Shown here: piece after piece, positions 58,752 to 64,000 of the stretch
Layout of the letters: each line of letters starts with the position of its first letter
How positions within the stretch are numbered: position 1 is the first letter of the stretch
NCBI GenBank assembly: GCA_965198225.1
Contig: CBDAOY010000002.1
Span: 1 to 64,000, forward strand
Source: Terriglobia bacterium
GTDB taxonomy: Bacteria; Acidobacteriota; Terriglobia; 20CM-2-55-15
Direction of reading: 5' to 3'
Length of the DNA stretch: 64,000 nucleotides
Notes under the pieces: model-generated
The model's database searches: none
What the model was told of the DNA's origin: nothing
Seen by the model: the letters and a program-made list of their open reading frames with translations, nothing else
Translations under genes and position numbers: made by a program

Positions 58752-59776
58752 GCACCCTCCTTACCTGCGAATCGCCTCGAACGTTGCGACCAACAGGGAC
58801 CGTCAGGCTGGCAGGTCGCGCCGGAGTCTCGGAAATCTCGGATTGTCGCGATCCACGGGCGCAACTCCGCAGGCACACACAACCCCGTGTTGCGAATGTC
58901 GAACACTCCGAGGCGGGTCAGGTTCGCTAATTCGTGCGGGATCGCACCGCTCAACTCATTGTCGGCGAGAGACAGCCTCTGGAGGTTGGCCAATCCGCCC
59001 AGCTCCACCGGGATCGCTCCACTCAATGTATTCCCGGCGAGATCCAGATCGTCGAGGTTGGTCAAGCCGCCCAGCTCCACCGGGATCGCTCCGCTCAACG
59101 TATTCCCGTTGAGAGACACTTCCTCGAGGTTGGCCAATCCGCCCAACGTAGCCGGGATCGGCCCGCTCAATTCATTCCAGGAAAGAGTCAGATCCTCGAG
59201 GTAGGTCAAGTTGCTCAACTCCGCGGGGATCGGACCGCTCAATTCATTTTCGAAGAGAGACAGCCTCTGGAGGTTGGCCAAGCCGCCCAACTCCGCCGGG
59301 ATCGCACCGCTCAACTCATTGCTGGAGAGAGACAGCCTCTGGAGGTTGGCCAAGCCGCTCAGCTCCACCGGGATCGCTCCGCTCAACTCATTGCTGAAGA
59401 GATCCAGCGTCCGGAGGTTGGCCAAGCCGCCCAACTCCACCGGGATCGCACCGCTCAACTCATTGCTGGAGAGAGACAGGCGCGTAACGCGTCCGGCCGC
59501 GTCCGTGGTGACCCCATGCCACGCCGAGAGGGGTTCGCCGGTTTTCCAGTTCGTGCTGGTTATCCAGTTCGAACCGTCCGTGGCTTCGTAAAGCGCCTCC
59601 AAAGCTGCCCTGTCGGTCGCCCCGCTCTCCTGCGCCAAGACGTTGCCGACGGACAACCCGTTCACTGCGGCCATACCCCAAGATGCGCCGACGAGCAGGC
59701 CGGCGGTGGCCGCAACAAGCATGCCGGCTCCGATGCCAACCCCGATTGAGCGCTCCGTGAACACTGTAACTTTCAT
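58748..59776 (-). CDS. Secreted plant-type leucine-rich-repeat protein
   Basis: Cap DRAALEALYEATDG.NW...WHGVT; 8 repeats of 24 aa L..L.L..N.LSG.IP.EL..L.N. Confidence 0.92.
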   Translation of the reverse strand: MKVTVFTERSIGVGIGAGMLVAATAGLLVGASWGMAAVNGLSVGNVLAQESGATDRAALEALYEATDGSNWITSTNWKTGEPLSAWHGVTTDAAGRVTRLSLSSNELSGAIPVELGGLANLRTLDLFSNELSGAIPVELSGLANLQRLSLSSNELSGAIPAELGGLANLQRLSLFENELSGPIPAELSNLTYLEDLTLSWNELSGPIPATLGGLANLEEVSLNGNTLSGAIPVELGGLTNLDDLDLAGNTLSGAIPVELGGLANLQRLSLADNELSGAIPHELANLTRLGVFDIRNTGLCVPAELRPWIATIRDFRDSGATCQPDGPCWSQRSRRFAGKEGA

Positions 59777-60591
59777 TCGTCAACCCCCTCCCAACAGCAG
59801 TCGATGTTCAGCATTTTAACGCCGATTCCATTCTACCCGGGAGCAACGTCTGTCGAGTTCCGGTGCGGGCTAAAAGAGGGTACGGCAGGAATGATGGATG
59901 ATTCGTTCGCCAAGACAAACCCCGCAGAGAACCTGCTCCTACGCACCACTCCCGCGTCAAGAATCCGTCTCAGAATAAAGGAATCAAAAGGGCGCTGGCA
60001 GGATCCCGGAGGACGTCCAGAATTTCCGGAAGTCTGTGAAACCCCGCCGGTTTTCGAGGCATCGTGCGGGCTCCGCCTCTACCACATGTGAGGGCGCGAT
60101 CCGGCATTATAGGATTTTCGGGAAACGGGGGGGCCGGACTGGTTATGACCGATAAACGCCATGATTCTATCGGAGATCGTCAGGCACCGACAGTGACAGA
60201 AAATGATGCCGGGCGATGTCGGATAGAATGCTTTGAAGTGCGCCGGAGGCGCGTTAAGAGGATGCGGGCCAGCGCCTATGGGTTGTCAATTGTAACCGGC
60301 TTGTAATGAAAGGCTTACGACTTTGTGTCGAAAAGTGACTCACGTTGGGGCGTGATTTGCGAAATACCTTCATCGTCTGATCGCACCAGACCATACCACA
60401 CATGTAGCATCCGAGCGCCTGCGGCTTAGTTCAAAGGACATTATCATTCATATAGAATGGCTCCTGACCGATCCGGCGATCTCTAGGTCCGAAACCTATG
60501 TCGCCTCGGCACCGTTGCCTGTGTCGGGAGTATCAGAAGCAACATTTGCGAGCGGCGGTGGCGCGGCCGGAACGCCGCCTGCTTCACGCCT

Positions 60592-62103
60592 TCACCCGGC
60601 CCGTAGCGAGTCTCGCGCCTCGACAATGGCCCGAAGCTTGGCTTCGGCGACGCGGGCCGACGCGACGGGATTGTCGGCGAAGGTGGCGAAACCGCAGTCC
60701 GGCGTCAGCAGGACGCGCTCGGAGCCGAACAGGTCCATGGCGCGGAAAATCCGCCGCCGGATGTCCTCCACCGGCTCCACGGCGTCGACCTTCGGGTTGA
60801 CGACGCCCACGCCGATGCGCTTCTCGTCCGGGATCGCCCGGAGCACCTCGGCCTCGCCCGCACGCTCGGTGCACAGCTCCAGGTACACAACCCCGACGTC
60901 GACGCTACGTAGCGCGGCCATCAACGGGCGGTAGTCGCCGGCCAGGGCGACGGACTCGTCGCGGGTCCAGTTGCCCCGGCAGACATGCAGCCCCAGCCGC
61001 TCCTCGGGCAGACCCGCGGTCACCGCGTTCAGCAGACCGACGGCGAAGTCGAGCTCAGGGCCGGGCTCGAGCCGCTCGCTCAACGCACCGCACATGAAAC
61101 TACGCGTCCGGCGCGCGCTTCCGAAGACGACCTCGGTCAACACCGGTTCGTCGAGCTGCACGATCGCGGCGCCTGACGCCAACAGAAAATGCAGTTCCTC
61201 GCGCAGCACCCGGACAACGTCACTGGCGAGTTCCTCCCGGGTTTCGTACGGGCGGTCCGTGAGGCAGTCCAGCCACATCGTGCGCGTGAGCAGGTAGGGG
61301 CCGGGCAGCGCCACCTTGACGGGCCGGCCGGCCTCCGCGCGGGCAAAATCGAGCTCGTGGACGGCGAGGGGGCGGCCGCGGCCCAAGCGGCCGTAGGCAA
61401 CCGGGTGCCGGACCTCCGCGGCGGGCACGTCCAGCGCACGGAGATCCCGCTCGAAAGCCTCCGGGTCGTCTACCATCGCCGCAAGGTCGTCCAACGGTAT
61501 GAGCTGGCAGTTGTCCGGCCGGCCGCCGGCGAAGCTGGCGTAGCTGTCCCGCCGCTGCTCGCCGTCGGTCACGACATCGACCCCCGCCCGCAACTGCGCG
61601 TCCAGACACAGGCGCACCGCGTCGTCGGCCGTGGACTGAAAATCCGCTTCATCCAGCCGACCCTCCAGGTGGTCGTGCATGGCCTGGAGCATCCATCGCG
61701 GACGGGGCCAACTGCCAACGCCCATCACCGACAGCGGCAGGATCTCCGGCGCGGGGGAGGGAGAGGGCAGCGACTCGGGCACCGTGACCCCCACCCGGAT
61801 CGGCGCGCCGTGGGGCGCTTCGGCTGGCGCCCGCGCGCGCTCGGCGTAGGGACCCTTGCTGATCAGGAAGCTGCGCTGCCGTCCCTGGCGGGTCCACGAC
61901 ACCAGCGCGTTCCCCGTCAACCGGCACCAGGCCGGCAACTCGACCTCGACCGTCGAGTCGGTGGACAGGATCTCCAGCAGGTCGCCGGGTTTCAGGGGGT
62001 CGATGTGCCGGCGGATCAGGAGCAGCAGCCCGCCGCCGCAGTCCAGGTCGCCGCCGTTGAAACGGCCGTCGGGCGTATGCGCGTGGCGTTCGATGGGTTC
62101 CAT
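60592..62103 (-). CDS. TusA-like domain fused to a cobalamin-independent methionine synthase II (MetE C-terminal)-like Zn barrel
   Basis: N-terminal GGDLDCG...LPAWCRLTG; then GSWPRP, DGEQRR, QLDEP, HVCRGN, YLE, PDCGF. Confidence 0.88.
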   Translation of the reverse strand: MEPIERHAHTPDGRFNGGDLDCGGGLLLLIRRHIDPLKPGDLLEILSTDSTVEVELPAWCRLTGNALVSWTRQGRQRSFLISKGPYAERARAPAEAPHGAPIRVGVTVPESLPSPSPAPEILPLSVMGVGSWPRPRWMLQAMHDHLEGRLDEADFQSTADDAVRLCLDAQLRAGVDVVTDGEQRRDSYASFAGGRPDNCQLIPLDDLAAMVDDPEAFERDLRALDVPAAEVRHPVAYGRLGRGRPLAVHELDFARAEAGRPVKVALPGPYLLTRTMWLDCLTDRPYETREELASDVVRVLREELHFLLASGAAIVQLDEPVLTEVVFGSARRTRSFMCGALSERLEPGPELDFAVGLLNAVTAGLPEERLGLHVCRGNWTRDESVALAGDYRPLMAALRSVDVGVVYLELCTERAGEAEVLRAIPDEKRIGVGVVNPKVDAVEPVEDIRRRIFRAMDLFGSERVLLTPDCGFATFADNPVASARVAEAKLRAIVEARDSLRAG

Positions 62104-62137
62104 CAAGCGGTCCGCGCGCGGAGCATCGAAACGCGGA

Positions 62138-62500
62138 TCAAAAGCTGACGCAGGGGGCGCCGCCGGAGAGGAACTCGACCAGGACTGCGCCGCCGACGAT
62201 CTTCGCGCCGTCGACCAGGTTGTTCTCGTCCAACCCGCGCTTCTTGAAGCACGGCGCACACACGTAAACGATGCCTCCTGCCTCGACGAAGTTGTCCATC
62301 AGCTCCTTGAGGGGCATGAAACCCTCTTCGTGAACGTCGTCGGCGAACCCTTTCTGGGACCATCGGACGCCTTCGGTGGTCAAGAAGACGACCGTTTCCT
62401 TTTCCGAGCCGACTGCGGCGTTGCCAATGACGAAGGCCACCGTGGACTTGTCAGTGTCGTCCTTCGCGCAGGTGAGACTCACGCAGAATTTTCCAGCCAT
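62138..62500 (-). CDS. DsrE/DsrF-family protein
   Basis: VFLTTEGVR...VYVCAPCFKKRGL. Confidence 0.88.
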   Translation of the reverse strand: MAGKFCVSLTCAKDDTDKSTVAFVIGNAAVGSEKETVVFLTTEGVRWSQKGFADDVHEEGFMPLKELMDNFVEAGGIVYVCAPCFKKRGLDENNLVDGAKIVGGAVLVEFLSGGAPCVSF

Positions 62501-62533
62501 TCGCTGTTCTTCCCTTTCCGGCCGATCCCGCGA

Positions 62534-62827
62534 TCAGCCGTTCTTCTGTTCGATCCAGTAATGGGGATGCGCGGCGCGAAGCAGGCGGCGTCCGGTCATC
62601 CGGCACCACGCGGGCAGGTCTTCGGGCGCGCCCAGGTCCTGGGAGGTCAGCTTGAGAACGTCTCCGGGACGGAGCTTTCGCATTCGCAAACGCAGCAGGA
62701 CGATGACCTCGCCGCATCCCATGTGGCCGGCGTCCCACTCGTCGGCGACGGGCAGATAGGTCGCGGCGACGCCAACCGCGTCCGCCTCGACTTCACCCAC
62801 AGGCTGTGATCGCCCATCCGGCAGCAT
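62534..62827 (-). CDS. TusA/SirA-family sulfur carrier
   Basis: WDAGHMGCGE...D.GAPEDLPAWCRMTG; exact start uncertain. Confidence 0.85.
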   Translation of the reverse strand: MLPDGRSQPVGEVEADAVGVAATYLPVADEWDAGHMGCGEVIVLLRLRMRKLRPGDVLKLTSQDLGAPEDLPAWCRMTGRRLLRAAHPHYWIEQKNG

Positions 62828-63005
62828 CCGGGCAATCTACATCGGCGGGATTGCGCCGTCAACCGTCCCCGGGCTCGGACATGTCGAACAAGCACTCCAT
62901 GGGGTGCAATTAAACAAAGGCACCCCATCCGTCATCGCGACCACGGCTAACCTTCCCCGGATTCACAATCGCCGTTTTCACGAATTGCCATCGTGGCGGC
63001 GGGGT

Positions 63006-63620
63006 CTACTCGTCCTTCAGTTGCTCCCAGCTCCTCGGTTTCCATACCCGAGCCAAGCGTTTCGCTTTGATGACTTGTGAAGCGGTCATCTTCGCTGCCA
63101 CTTCATTTCTCGATGATCGGTATTCCGCCGCCGCCTCGGGAAGCGGGCGTGCAGCGGCCAATTTCAGCCACTTGTAGGCTTGGATGTAATTCCGGGACAC
63201 GCCCTCGCCATTGGCGTACATGATGCCGAGGTCGTGTTGTGCGGAGTCGGCCCCCTGCTCAGCGGCCAGCCGATACCACCGCACGGCCTCCCGCTTGTCC
63301 TGAGGAACGCCGACTCCTGTTTCGTACCTGAAGCCGAGGAGAGATTGTGCGTAGGCGTACCCCTGCTCGGCCGCTAGGCGGAACCACCGCACGGCCTCCT
63401 GTTCATCAACGGTCACGCCCTCGCCGTCGGCGTACATGATACCGAGGTTGAATTGTGCTCTGGCGCTTCCCTGCTCCGCTGCCAAGCGATACCACTTCAA
63501 AGATTCGTGGTAATCCCGGTGAACGCCCTCACCGTCGGCGTACATGGCCCCGAGGGTTAATCGGGCTGTGGTGTCCCCTTGCTCGGCGGCCAACCGCAGT
63601 TGTTCGATATCTTTGTTCAC
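63006..63620 (-). CDS. Sel1-like repeat protein
   Basis: Repeated AQ.NLG.MY..G.GV..D..EA..WYRLAAEQG. Confidence 0.92.
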   Translation of the reverse strand: MNKDIEQLRLAAEQGDTTARLTLGAMYADGEGVHRDYHESLKWYRLAAEQGSARAQFNLGIMYADGEGVTVDEQEAVRWFRLAAEQGYAYAQSLLGFRYETGVGVPQDKREAVRWYRLAAEQGADSAQHDLGIMYANGEGVSRNYIQAYKWLKLAAARPLPEAAAEYRSSRNEVAAKMTASQVIKAKRLARVWKPRSWEQLKDE

Positions 63621-63804
63621 AGAATGGGTGCTCTACGTTTCATCCGGCTGTCCCCCAATTCGTTACCCATCCGAGGACTTCCCCGCTCCCCTCCCGTTCA
63701 GCTCAGACCATACTGGCGCATCCGGCCAGGAACATGCTGTTGAGCAGCGCCATCAGAACCACGGTGGAGACTATTCGCAAGACAACCGCACTGTCAGAGT
63801 CGAA

Positions 63805-63999
63805 TCAAAGCCGGAATCGGATGCCTGCCTCAATCTGATCGGAATCAATCGGCGCCCCCCGGCTGGAGCGAAAGCGATAACCAAATCGGAAATCCACGCG
63901 CTGGGCGGCCCGAACCAAGAAGCCCGCCATGATCTGATAGGAAAACCGGGAATCCTCATGTTCGGCTGTGGTCGTGAAGGGTAGGTGCAGGGGTGGGAG
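63805..63999 (-). CDS. C-terminal part of an outer-membrane beta-barrel protein (starts beyond the window)
   Basis: Open frame not in the ORF track: FSYQIMAGF...VDFRFGYRF...IEAGIRFRL*. Confidence 0.6.
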   Translation of the reverse strand, partial: LPPLHLPFTTTAEHEDSRFSYQIMAGFLVRAAQRVDFRFGYRFRSSRGAPIDSDQIEAGIRFRL

Positions 64000-64000
64000 C

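Noticed and set aside
58930-59480. 72-bp repeats as CRISPR or a DGR template/variable pair
   Set aside because: They are in-frame LRR coding units; there is no reverse transcriptase and differences are not adenine-specific
40395-60300. Prophage or conjugative element
   Set aside because: No structural, replication, relaxase or T4SS genes were seen; no attR duplicate of the tRNA 3' end was found
60480-60493. 14-bp match TCTCTAGGTCCGAA to 16104-16117
   Set aside because: Matches of this length are expected by chance in 64 kb and there is no flanking similarity

Overview
GC-rich bacterial chromosome segment. It is probably from Acidobacteriota; this is inferred from the carboxypeptidase-regulatory/VWA gene set and the aldolase + BMC-H + triple BMC-P locus. 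The host may be an animal such as a sponge (weak inference from plant-type LRR and Sel1 proteins). 1-40 kb is core/backbone DNA: an RND efflux operon whose TolC carries an ABC-type ligand-binding domain, an MBL lipoprotein, amidase, hspQ, an atypical Lon, cyclase, eno, a YcaQ-like glycosylase, vapBC, a DAACS transporter, ruvAB fused to a microcompartment mini-operon, pcrA, glmSU, a deleted yvcK, csrA, dacB, PRODH, rnz, miaB and small regulators. This part is dotted with GTAG-type REP/REPIN repeats, some interrupted at the same position by a small non-coding element. After tRNA-Asn (40182-40254) lies an integrase-headed island with brnTA, higBA, an FRG gene, an MmeI-like RM gene, many IS remnants and secreted adhesin-like genes. 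A TusA-DsrE-(TusA-MetE-like) sulfur-relay operon follows. Several genes carry lesions (nonsense codons, frameshifts, a deletion, a compensated duplication). All calls come from reading the sequence; no database searches were run.
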